From Squalus acanthias (lineage: Eukaryota): a DNA stretch of 64,000 bases. Each line of letters begins with the position of its first letter. Positions within the stretch are counted from its first letter, which is position 1. This document shows, one piece after another, positions 36,996 to 48,858 of the stretch. The stretch spans positions 6,262,001-6,326,000 of the forward strand of contig CM059453.1 of the NCBI GenBank assembly GCA_030390025.1. Direction: 5' to 3'. Below the pieces are notes generated by a model. The model searched no databases. It saw only the letters and a list, made by a program, of their open reading frames with translations, and was not told the origin of the DNA. Position numbers and translations under genes: made by a program.

Positions 36996-38170
36996 CCTGT
37001 ATATAGGTGGAGATGTGCATTTCCCATTGACATATTAAAATACCAAACCTAACTAGGGCAATTTCAAGCGTATTCGATCGCAATTTCCAGATTACTCCCA
37101 ATAGGGGAAACATTGCGCTTGAAATTGCACTGGCTAGGTTAGGCTTCAGTTATCCGCTAAAATTCGTTTGCAGATCAGAAACATAAGATCGTGCATGAAC
37201 CAATATAATCGGGCATCGTAACAGAACGGAATTGTTTAGTTTTTACCATTAAAATGTATTCATTCTAAGAATGTATCCTGGTGCAGTCTTAATCATACAG
37301 CTTAAAATGGATTATTCAGCAAAACAACATATTTCTTCAGGCTGACCAGTCCTCCACCTGTGAGTAAACTGATTTAAAATAACAGAAAATGACGAAAAGT
37401 ATGATACTGAAACTTTTAATAGTTTAGTTGGTGTACAGCAGTCAGTGGCTTAGAAATTCACTTTGTTTTGTTATGAGGAAACTATTAAAATATGCCTACA
37501 CCTGCCTTTGCGCCTAAGAAAATGAGCGCAATTGTATGAGCCTTTCAGAATCAGCGCAATCTCGCAATTACGACTTGGGTGCAAGGCCAGCTTTGCCGGC
37601 GGAACCTGATTGGGTAAAATTAAAACTTGAAACTGTTAAAAGATGAAGGAAAAAATTGAGCGTAAGTGGTCGTCGACCAAGCGCACTAACATTTAAAATT
37701 CCACGCTCTTTAGCTCTGATTCGACCAATTTGCCTGAATTGTGCTGGTATAACTAGGGGAACAAGGAGAAACTCGAGCGTTGTACAGGGTGAGCGGAAAA
37801 CTGACTGAAATGCCCTGGGAATAATTGTCAAATGTTCACAATCGGGGCACAAATCAAATACGCCCAGATGAATGAGTATTGACAATTGTCTGGAAATCTC
37901 GCCAGAACTCGTCTACGCCCATACACATGGTTCTCTTGAAATTCGCGCCTGATTTTCAGGCGCAGTAGCAAATAAAGTGTATTTTCTGGTTTTTCATTGT
38001 AATTTTTTTGGCACCTGCTACACGGTTTTGAGGGTTCATACTGTGGGCCAATGCATTTCAGCAGATTAACAGACAAAGACGATGTAAGAAATGGTTTGTA
38101 AAATTGTTAATTTCATAGAATAGAGAAAAATGTTGAACAGTTACATTCACAAAAAATTCACACTCCCTAC

Positions 38171-38176
38171 TTTATT
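38171..38176 (-). terminator. Candidate polyadenylation signal of gene A
   Basis: AATAAA on the minus strand ~170 nt after the inferred ancestral stop (38347-38345). Confidence 0.5.
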
Positions 38177-38354
38177 TCAGGTACAACGAGATTGTTAATA
38201 TAAATCAAAAAAATCCACTAATATTCTGAAAATTCTCCATTCTCATAGTCCTCATTGTATTGTAATGGTGTCTGTTTTACTTCATTACATCAGGTTTGTT
38301 CAGGCATTGTCAGTTTCAAGACCATCAGCGCTAACAGTTAACTTTCACTTACGT

Positions 38355-38920
38355 ACTGGAGTACTGCGTACAGTTTTGGTCTCCTTATTTCAGGAGGGAT
38401 ATACTTGCATTGGAGGCAGTTCAGAGATGATTCACTAGGTTGATTCCTGGGATGAAGGGGTTGTCTTATGAGGAAAGGTTGAGCAGGTTGGACCTATACT
38501 CATTGGAGTTTAGAAGAATGAGAGGTGATCTTATTGAAACATATCAGATTCTGAGGGGGCTTGACAGTGTAGATGCATAGTTGATGTTTCCACTCGGCGG
38601 GGAATCTAGAACTAGGGGGCATAGTTTCAGAATAAGGGCTCGCCCGTTTAAAACGGAAATGAGGAGGAATTACTTCTCTCAGAGAGCCATGAATCTTTGA
38701 ATTCTCTACCCCAGAGAGCTGTGGAGGCGGAGTCATTGAATATATTCAAGGAGGAGATAGACAGATATTTGAGCTACAGGGGAGTGAAAGGTTATGGGGA
38801 GAGAGCGGGAAAGTGCAGTTGAGGCCAAGATCAGATCAGCCATGATCTTATTGAATGGCGGAGCAGGCTCCAGGGACCGAATGGCCTTCTCCTGCTCCTA
38901 TTTCTTCTGTTCTTATGTTT
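38355..38920 (+). mobile_element. CR1 LINE 3' fragment inserted at the ancestral stop codon of gene A
   Basis: ctggagtactgcgtacagttttggtctcc...ttcttatgtt tail; antisense to gene A. Confidence 0.9.
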
Positions 38921-39011
38921 AATTGGAGCATAATCGCTGTTCTTCTCATTTGGGCTATATGGTTCATTATTGCGGATGTGTGAGACATTGACAGTCACGT
39001 ACACAATCTCT

Positions 39012-39059
39012 TCATTCTGAGCAGTTTGCATCATTTGCGGGGCTCACGTGATCGTCCCT
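39012..39059 (-). CDS. Gene A last coding exon as spliced (RDDHVSPANDANCSE*); ITIM/ITSM-like motifs lie out of frame downstream
   Basis: Acceptor ttacag|; phase 0 from the previous exon gives TGA at 39014-39012. IVYVTV (39007-38990) and SDYAPI (38938-38921) are in another frame. Confidence 0.7.
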   Translation of the reverse strand, partial: RDDHVSPANDANCSE

Positions 39060-39349
39060 CTGTAACGAAAGACATTCGTGTTAGATGTGGCGCTATTGCA
39101 GATATAGAGCTGAACAAGTTGGGAGTGCGCTGTCTGCACCAGAGCAAAGCTAACTATTTAATCTCTGGTAATTTTCTAATATGCGTCTTGAGGTCTTGAT
39201 TCAAGAAATAAATAACTTCCAATTTTTTATCAGAGGAAGTTGCTGAGGCTGTTAAAAAGCTTACGGGATTCATAGATTTATAATAAATCCACCGAGTACA
39301 AAACACACAAAACATCCTACAATTGTCACTCCAGCTTGGCTTCACTTAC

Positions 39350-39428
39350 CTCTCCGTTTAGAACCTCAGTGTACACCATCGCACCACTATCGGTTTTCGG
39401 CACACATGCAGTCTCACTGCTCTTCTTC
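39350..39428 (-). CDS. Gene A cytoplasmic exon 1 (RKKSSETACVPKTDSGAMVYTEVLNGE)
   Basis: ttttttag| and |gtaagt; phase 2 to 0, consistent with the TM exon. Confidence 0.8.
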
Positions 39429-39759
39429 CTAAAAAAATAACAAATAAAAATGATGCACATTTCATAGATAACTGGAAAGTTTACTTAATGTATACTGTGA
39501 AGGACGTTCGTAGGTCAGGTCGGACCTATGTCTTTTACGTTTTCTGATCAGCACAGACCACGTCCGCTCTCCAATTCTTTTCAATTTCCATCTGCCTACA
39601 TTTCAAAAGGGAACTGTTGTCTTTATCATTGAAGCTGGTTAATGGCGCGGTGTTGCTTGCTCATGGTGAAAGCTGATTGTGCTGATTGGACATAGGAGGA
39701 TCATTGTATATGTTAACACCTTATTAATTAGCAGATGGAAGAGTTTCAACGTGCAAACA

Positions 39760-40575
39760 CATTACAATCTATGATTACTAGATCCATAACGCTTTCAGTT
39801 AGTGCATTTCAAATGCTAACCACTTTTTGCTTAAAAAAAGTTTGTCCTCATGTCGCCTCTGGTTCATTTGCCAATCGCCTTAAACCTCTGCCTCTGGTTA
39901 ACGACCTTTCAGGCATTGTAATCAATTTATCATTATTTACTTTATCTAAACCCTTCATGATTTTGAACAAATCTATCATATCTCCTCTTAGCCTTCGCTG
40001 CTCTAAGGAGAACAGCCCCTGCTTCTCCAGCCTATCCACATAACTGTAATCCCTCATCCCTGGAACAATTCTAGTAAATCTCATCTGCACCCTCTCCAAA
40101 GCCTTCACCTCCTTCCGATAGTGTGGTGCCCAGAATTGGACAGAATACTCCAGCTGGGGCCGAACCAATGTTTTCTATAGGTTCAGCACAACTTCCTGGC
40201 TTTTGTACTCTGTGCAACTATTTATAAAGTCCGGGCTTCCATAATCTTTATTGACTGCTTTTTTAACCTATCCTGCCAATTACAAAGTGCCGTGCACTAG
40301 CAGCCCCACGTCTGTCTGTTCCCGCACCCCCTTTAAAATTGTACCATTTAGCATGTGTTGTCTCTCCTCATTCTTCCTACCCAAATCTAACACCTGACAA
40401 TTTTCTGTGTTGACTTTCATCTGCCATGTGTCCACCCATTCCACCAGTCTGTCTGTCACTTTGAACTCTATTACTATCTTCCTCACTGCTCAGTACACTT
40501 CCACGTTCGGTGTTATCTGCAAAGTTCGAATTTGTGCCCTGTACCCCCAAGGCCAAGTCATTAATATATATCAAA
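39760..40575 (-). mobile_element. CR1 LINE 3' fragment (intronic)
   Basis: IYINDLALG, FADNTE, VRPQLEYSVQFWAPHYRK. Confidence 0.88.
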
Positions 40576-41699
40576 ATTTGAGTGTGAAATGGGGAATAAA
40601 TCAATTTCCCTCAATAACCACTTTGAGATCCTTCCTCAGTATCTCTGAATAAGCTTTTATATATTAGTTAGCATGGAATTGGCATATTTAATATTGTCAT
40701 GGTATATGAAGGGTTATAATCGAGCACCACTCACAAGAGTGCTCTAACTCATCTTGTTATGTTTCTGGCCGAACCATTGGCTGTTGTGGAGGGCGCCTAC
40801 CTGAGGAGCCCGTCACTGATTTCAATTGTAAACATCGTTTGTGATTTGTTGAAGAGTAATTTTGGTTTGCAGCACATTGTAATCCGAATAGATATAATTG
40901 GAATTCACTTGGAGCCATTCACCTCCTTGAAGCTAATTATCAGCCTATCCAATAAAAGCGGGATTCTGTCGAGAGCTTTCAGTGAGAGCTAGTCAGGCCA
41001 AATAGATTAAGTCACTGGTAAGAATAAGATAACGAGCCCAACATAAATAATCGTTTATATCATACTTTAGCACATCAGTCACACCCAATTTTGAAATATA
41101 ATATTCTACTCCTGGAGCCAAACAAACAGACCCACTACTGTAAACATATGTGTCACGTTAATTTTACTATTTTTTTGTTGTTTTACTGTTTGCTGGACGT
41201 GTTTGATTATTAGAACTTAATATCATTCTGGTTAAGTGTTATGCTGGGAGCCTGACATGGCAAGGAGGCTTGTGTGAGGGTGCCCCTTAAAACCAGCAGC
41301 AGAAACTAACTGAACGGGTTTCTCTGTCCATTCTTTGATAATACTGCGAATTTTATCTAGATTACACGATAGGTGAATACAATCCCTGGCACATAGCGCG
41401 CCAGCGATCAGAAGTCCAAAAATGTCAGTTTAAACATAAGGAAACAAAGCGCAATAATATAACAAGAAGAATGCACAGATAGCCTCATTCAAGCAGCCAC
41501 TAATATTACTCTACAGCTGATGCTGGGAGATGCGAGCTACTGGTCAGGTGACGATTGACCCTCCTCCTTTCCGCTTCGATTCAGGCAGGTGCTCACTCTA
41601 CTCACGGGAGATTAATTTCAACGAGCTTTTTTTACACGGAATTTCTGATGCAGGATCCCCTTTAAAACTCCATTCTATGTAATTAGGAATCACTCCTAC

Positions 41700-41793
41700 C
41701 TTTGTATCTTCAGCAGGAGCACGACTGCAATTAGTAACACAATCCCAGTGGCTCCTCCTCTTATGATGAGAAGAATTGTCCTGGAGAATATTC
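41700..41793 (-). CDS. Gene A transmembrane exon (GIFSRTILLIIRGGATGIVLLIAVVLLLKIQ)
   Basis: ttttttag| and |gtagga; hydrophobic run followed by basic residues; phase 1 to 2. Confidence 0.85.
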
Positions 41794-42596
41794 CTAAAAA
41801 ATGGAAAGAAACATTGCTGTACCTTAGGGAAGTGGATTTAAACAACAATTTTCGAAGCACATTTATGAGTGTGAGGTATCAAGTTTCCTTTTTGTTCGGA
41901 TCAGAAAGCTAATGGAAAGTGAGGCACTCCGCTTGTCTCAACCTTGCGAAAAAGCATTTTATTCATGTGTTGCGGCCTGGCATAAATTTGAAATAAATAA
42001 TTTAAAATTCGCTGGTGTAAAAATCATAATTGAAAAATGAAGTTCACGCGAAAACCCACCCTCGGAAAAACAGTGGGGATAAACCAATCAGAATACCGGC
42101 CTGGCAAGATCACCAGTTACAGCGGTACGATTTATAATCTATAGAGATAATTCAGATTCACATAGGTTATTAAATATCGGCTTTACATACTTAAATGAGT
42201 CTGAACAAGATAGAAATGAGCATGTACACACAATAGGGCAGATTGCAGTTTGCAATCATGTATTAAGTGTAATTTGGATTATCTAAAGGGTTTATCTTAA
42301 TTCAGAAGAATTTGTTTTCCAAGATCACAGGCTACTTCTGGTGTTCAGATAATTTCATCATATCTAAAAATATAAACCGAAACAGTTTCAGAAGACTGAA
42401 AGTTTAAAAGGATAATGCCGACCGCAACTTTAAGTTGGTGATTGAAAATAGGTCCTTACACTAATTCGAGATCGATTCCGAAGTACCTGCTGACTGGAGC
42501 TGGTATTTGCTGACACTAACACCGTTCAGTTAGTGACTGACCAGTCATGGACTAACTCCATTATAGTATTACATTACAAATAGATTAAACATGTAC

Positions 42597-42884
42597 CCTT
42601 AGCGTGGAGCTGGTATTTACTGACAGAATCACCGTGCTCGTTTGCTGCAACACAAGAGATCAGGTTTCCGGTTCCGGTTGGGTGAGTCAATCTCAGGGAG
42701 CTCTCCATGAGGTGACTATTCACCGCCCAGGAGATGATTTCCACATCTGACCTGTCCCCAGTGTGGATTCTCCCATTGAGGCCCCACGTGATGTTTCCCG
42801 GGGGATTGGCTCTGATCCGGCAGCTACAATTCGTCCAATTCGCAGAGCTGGTGCATGTCGGGCCTGATAAAATTGTCGGTTTAT
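42597..42884 (-). CDS. Gene A membrane-proximal Ig domain exon
   Basis: DKPTILSGPTC...NCSCRIRANPPGNITW...ISCVAANEHG; 288 nt, phase 1-1. Confidence 0.88.
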
Positions 42885-43808
42885 CTAAAAAAAAAGGAAA
42901 CTTCAATAGGAAATGATCATGTAAACAGCTGTAGTTTCGAAATACAATTAAGTAATGAGTTGAACTAACCATCATAGTTCTGGTTGTTATATTTTAAGAT
43001 GAATCAGTCTATGTTGCACTAGTTCATGGCATATTATATCTTCACTTATAACATGTGAGCTCGTTAGGAAGACTTCCATATTAAATCCAATGAGTGTTCG
43101 TTCCATCAATACCTCTCCTGACAGATGTCGCGAGGGACCCTCAGACGGAGCTAGCTCAGAGATTTGATTATGTATAATATACCCACAAACGTGTCTCACA
43201 CGTCACTGTTTTAAAAGGTCAATTCATGTCAATGTTTTCACTAGGTGTACTGTGTTCAAGATCTTTATTTGTGGTGGAATGACGTGATTCTTCAATAAAC
43301 GTACGGCTAGCAAGGCAACACTTCAAAGAACCAAGTCTCGGAATATTACACTAATAACTCAAAATTAATACAAGGAACAGGAGTTGGCTTAACACAATTT
43401 ATCACACTTTTTTAGAGAGAATTTGTGCTCATCACATTGCTACAAGTCAGATCTAAGGATTGGAAAATTGTCTATTTCAGACGACAAGTATAATTTATGA
43501 ACAATTAGTTGTAGAGTAAAGGTCCCAGTAAATGTGCTTGTGTCGCAACCTCATAAATGTAAGACCTGCTGCATTTATGAGACATTGTGCCATATTCCAC
43601 TACTGTCATATTGAGCGAGAGGCCAGGTTAGTTTCCATTATTGGAGCCACCGAAGTAGTTTGCCGCTATTTTCGCGGAAGGGGTGAAACTATCCCAAAAG
43701 CATGCACATGGGCGCCTTCCCGCAAGCAGGCAAGAGAAAACTGTAATTTAATCCAGAGTTCGTGAAATGAAAGGCTACTATCTAATTGATAAATTAATAC
43801 ATACTTAC

Positions 43809-44066
43809 ATTGTACTGAAATCTGTGTGGAGCGATTTGTGGTGCCCAGGGCATTTTCAGCTATGCACCAATATTCACCGTCGTCCTCAGAACGAATGTTG
43901 CGGAATATCTGCTTTAGTTCACCAATGGATGATCTGCTGGTATCTTCACCATTTTTCACCCATCTTAAGCTGACCAGGGGTTTCCCATCGGCCGTGCAGT
44001 ATAATAATAACGAACTTCCTTCCACAGCTACTATAGAGGAGTTGACGGTTGGGATGTTCGGTCCAT
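43809..44066 (-). CDS. Gene A C2-set exon 2
   Basis: EGSSLLLYCTADGKP...W...EDDGEYWCIAENALG; 258 nt, phase 1-1. Confidence 0.92.
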
Positions 44067-44651
44067 CTGAAACAGGCGTTAATGCAAAACGTGATTGTCG
44101 AGTAAGCATTATTGAGCTCCTAATTAATTCATTATATTGGGTATGGGGATCGGGCGGGAAATTGAAGTTGAGTTCCATGATCAGCCATGATTGCCGGAGT
44201 GGCAGAGCAGGCTCGAAGGGCCGTATGGCCTACTCCTGTTCCTAATTCTTAAATTCTTATTAAGCCCAAACAGAGCTGAGATCTGATGTCATAATAACAG
44301 ATCCTAACTCGGCATGGCCTTTGTTGCTTCCATTTATGACTGACTAAACTCATAACCTGACTGGAAATTCACAGAATAAAGATTAACAATCACTTAAAAA
44401 AATATGTTGGAGGCACCATCATTGATACATGGATATGAATGATTCTAATGTAATATCACTGGTGAGAATTAGATGAGAGCCATTGCGAACCGTTGATTAT
44501 CGAAATGAGCTCTCCTGGTAAAGAGGCTGCGCTTTTCATGATGCATCCGTTGATGCAGTTCTAATCCCGAATAAATTACTTGTGTAAAAGTGCAAATTTT
44601 GAGCCCGTTGGCCGACAGGATAAGTCTGTTTACTTTAGACCGGACACTTAC

Positions 44652-44963
44652 ATTTAATCTCCAAAATAAGATTTTGTGCTGAAGGAGAAGGAATTCCATT
44701 AATTAGAATTGTGCATCCCAGAATGTTCCCGTCATGAGCAGATGATGGAGTGAAGGTCAGCACGGATGAAACTTTCCGAGATTCTGAATGTTCTTTGATC
44801 ATTCCTTCTCCTTCTTGTGTATCCCACGGAAGAGGAAGGGACACATTGTACTTAATCCACCTCAGTTGCAGGGTGCCATTCCAGCAGTTGTGTGTGATGG
44901 AACAGGTGAATCGTGCAGTTTTTCCAGCGATCAGTTCGCCATAGCTTGAAATACGTGGCGTTT
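44652..44963 (-). CDS. Gene A C2-set exon 1
   Basis: FTCSITHNC...W...SSVLTFTPSSAHDGNILGC (Siglec domain-2 signature with extra Cys); 312 nt. Confidence 0.92.
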
Positions 44964-47138
44964 CTATTAAAACGGGAGAAAACCAGCGTGTTAGGTACAT
45001 TTCAACGTTAGAACGGGCGAGTGTTGGCTTCCAGCTAAATGTGAGAAGGACGTGAAATGAAAATTACATTTAGTTCCTTTTTGTCTGCTGCGTGTTGCAA
45101 GTGTGTTCAGCACTCTGAATTACTCCTCGCAGTTGTAATGTAGTTTTATGCCTCATCGGGTAACATATGTTCCGACTTTATGTTAAACTTTAGTCGTTTT
45201 TTCTCCTAACTTATCTATATCATGGATATGATAGCTGTAGACCAGTGAACCAACGTTAACTCCTCAAATGTCACGAATATTTCATCCTCTCGTATACCTC
45301 GTTCTGCACCGGCAATTGACTATGTGATGGTGATTAATGCAGACCCAGAGAGATCTCGATTCTGTTTTCAAGAAACGTCAATATAGAACGACAATGCTCA
45401 AGACATGGAGAGACCAGACAAAGGATTGATAACACCACCGCGTGTGGGAGAAGCAGAGCAGGTTCCTCGGGTGGAAATCTGCAGAAGGCTTCTGCAGAAA
45501 TAGTATTTGTAGCCGTGGGATTTGAATGAACAAATAAATTATAACTTGAACTGATTTTCACGTTACTCAAATTTCTAATTTTTAATTAAGATCTAATTAA
45601 AAGCGGGGTAAATGAGCGCTGGATAGGGAAAGGCACGAACAAAGACTGAATTAATTCACCGCTTTTTAAGTACTCGCGACGTCAAAAGACGCTTCACCAA
45701 AAAGTTACTTGAAATATAATCAGGCAGACATTGCCGACGGTAAAACAGGAGATTATTGGAAAAGTTATTAAGATGTTTGGAATTAAGGATAAGGTAGAAA
45801 TTGTAATACAAACTGTTTAGAAGGGACGAAGCAGCGAGTCGCTGTTAAGCGCAGTTGCTCAGAATAGTTGGATCCCAGTACGGTGTCCCACAGGGCTGTC
45901 CTGTGGTTTTGCTTCTACTCACTGTGTGCATCAATAATTTGGAGAAAGGGCTAAAGAGAATGATGTCAAAATTTCCCGCAGGAATTAATTGGATTCCATC
46001 AAAATGAAAATTGGGCGGGTTGTACAATGAGAGGCGCATCCAATATCGCCAGTTTTACACCCATGCCAACCTTGCAAGTGCAACTCCCAGGAGATAACTA
46101 GAGAATTAAGCGAGTTACAAACGGATACTGGAGATATAGTAGAATGGGGATATTAGAGGCAGATATAATTTAAGGTCAGAAAATATGTGGTGGTAGATGT
46201 TAATTTGAACCGTAGACAGCTGGGAGATGTGGAAGAGCAGAGGCATTTGGAGTCAGCTTCATAAGACAGTAAAAGTAGCACCTCCAGTGGGAAAGTGTAG
46301 GAAGATGTTTCTGGAGCTCGCGGTTTAACGGCAAGAGATCAATAATATAAATTCGAGAATAGTGGAGATTCTAACGAGAACAGTAGTTAGTTCACAGTTG
46401 GAGTAAGAATGCGGGTTTTGGGCTCCAGACTACAGGAAGAATTTACTGCGGATTCGCGTAGTTTCTGGCTGGTATGATGATGTATGAATACCAAGCAAGT
46501 ATTTAATAATTGGGGCAGATCTTATTGGGCTAAAACAGACTTTGGGATGATTTGACAGAAGTTCTTAAACTTATTAAGCAACAGGACAGAGGAGATAGAG
46601 CAGACTGAAGTAGAATTTGAAATGGCCGCCCTGGTCAACACTCTCATTCCAGATAAGTCACTCATTCTAGCAACCGCCCAATTTCATTACCATTCATTTC
46701 ATTGGAAATAATAAGCTGCTGGTTTATGTGTTGTAAGTACGACCAACAACGTCAGTTTTAGGTTCAGTCAACACGTATTAATCTATCCTCATGTGGACAT
46801 TTTCAGAATCGGCTCGACAGGTGTTTGAAGGGAATTGCAATAAAGCGATATGGGAACTGAGCAGGCACATGCGATTCGGAGTGTTGCTCATGTGAAGGAC
46901 AAACAGCAACACGGACTGGCTGGGCGGAAGGGCCTGTTTTACTTTTGTAATTTCTATATACTTCTGTGTTTAGGATATCAGACATCTGCGTACCTCATCA
47001 GTATCCCTGCACCCTTTGTTTCAACTGCCCTTTGAGATCGGTCAGGGATATTATAATATTTTCCCACTTTGCACATAGGTTGATTCATACTGAAGCACTG
47101 GAGTGAAAATGTACAAAAGGAACAAAGGGAAAACTCAC

Positions 47139-47512
47139 CTAATACAGAAAGAAATGTGTGAGCACGCAGAGTGCGAAGTCCCTTAATATGCCTGGACGAA
47201 GCGTTCGCGATGAAGAGTTGGTATATACCCTCATCACTCTTCCTGATATCCTTTAGTAGGAGGTAACATTGTTTCTTTAAACACTTGAACTCAGCTCTTC
47301 CAAGATAGTTATAATGCTGCCTGAATGGTAGTTTAGAATCAAAGATAATGGGGAAACCTAGTTTACCAGGAACATGTCCCTCTTTAACCACGTCACATCA
47401 CCGATTCTCTGATAGACTGGATAATTAAACGTACACCGGATCTTTGCACATGAACCGGCCACCGCCGTCACAACTTTTGGTATCATCACAGAGAATTCAG
47501 CACTAAAAACAA
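47139..47512 (-). CDS. Gene A V-set exon (1-bp deletion at 47378-47380)
   Basis: GSCAKIRCTFNYP...TWLKR/GHVPG...GRAEF...QCYLLLKDIRKSDEGIY; aligns with 60151-60531. Confidence 0.88.
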
Positions 47513-48139
47513 CTGAGAAGAATAAATTAGACACCCTTTAATTAGCCATTCAAAATGCATTTCAGCATCTTTATCATCCATTAAAGTATTTGTTAATTGA
47601 CAAATAATCGCCATTCACAATAGCAATTAAAATATCAGTGAAGGTCTTTTCAAAATCAAGAAAAAATACGAAACAAAATCCAATCACAACACCTATTGAA
47701 ATGATCATAGGAATAACTATTTAATGGGAGATTTATGAACCGATAATATACATATTTAATACTCATCTAAAAACCGAATACATATCAACTAACATGTAAG
47801 GGAATGCCCATTAAAAATTCTCATTAAATATAGCTTAAAATATTGATCAAAATAAATATTAAACATCTATTGAATCTCCTTTGAATTACTCAATCAATAT
47901 GAAGTAAATGTTATTAAATGTGCATTACAATAAAATAATTTGAAAATCCATGTATTTAAACATTATTTGAATAGGCTGTATCCGCTATAATACAACAACA
48001 ACGCACGCGTTAAACAATCATGAAATTCCTATTTCACAAGTTCTGAAATCAATAACAAAAAAATCATTCATATTCGTTATTTTGCTGTTCCTTTTCCACA
48101 ATCACTTGCAGAAATTGTAAAAAAGCATCACAAATGTAC

Positions 48140-48182
48140 CTTCTGTCAACATTATGAGAGGCAGCAGCACGCAACTCCTCAT
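48140..48182 (-). CDS. Gene A leader exon (MRSCVLLPLIMLTE)
   Basis: gccATG, 43 nt, |gtacat donor; near-identical to 59470-59512. Confidence 0.88.
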
Positions 48183-48858
48183 GGCTCTAAACTGCTGCCG
48201 ATTTCACTCGCTAAATGAAGACCCCAATTCACAATTTACACCATTCAGATTTCAGCTTTCTTCTTTCCAGTCACTTCTTGGATTTCTTTGCTAATCAGCA
48301 TCAGACTATCGGGGAAGTTTGATTCGGTTGCTGCCAATGTGTAGGAACAGTGCTCACTCAATCAGCTCCGTTGGTGAGGTAGGCAGCTAGCACATCTTGT
48401 ACATGGGCTGCGTGTGACCGCCTGTTAAAAATATGATGTTATGGTATTTTTAACCGTTTCAAAAAATACTTAATTTCGAAACAACATCTCTCTCTCTCTC
48501 GAACAAACTCACACAAACACCAAATGTACTGTTATTTATGATATTGATATATTGGCGTCTGTGTCAGATTGGCACCGCCCACGCTTGCAGACGCCTCTGA
48601 CACACATTTCACACATATTTCGCTTTCTGGCAGCTAATACGAGATGAATGTTGGAGAGTGGTTAACTACAGTCAGTTAGGTTGCTGCAGTCTGTGAACGT
48701 GTGGTTTCGTCACCTTCTTTAAGGAGCGCTGCAATATGCATCTGTGACGTTTTAGATAGGAGCTGTTTGACAGTAAACCGTTTGACGCTGTGGTAAACAG
48801 CCTTTCTTCTAAATATTTAACTCTTTGCATTCACACTCAAGCTCAGTAATTTTGCAGA

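Larger units (their letters stand above)
39012..48182 (-). pseudogene. Siglec/MAG-like gene A (leader, V-set, three C2-set, TM, two tail exons); frameshifted in the V exon as assembled
   Basis: Eight GT-AG exons: 48182-48140, 47512-47139, 44963-44652, 44066-43809, 42884-42597, 41793-41700, 39428-39350, 39059-39012. The V exon is 374 nt (1 nt short of frame); the other exons are open. Confidence 0.85.

Noticed and set aside
33040-37890. MITE interrupted by the large CR1 element
   Set aside because: The flanks look MITE-like but I could not identify matching terminal inverted repeats or a target duplication.
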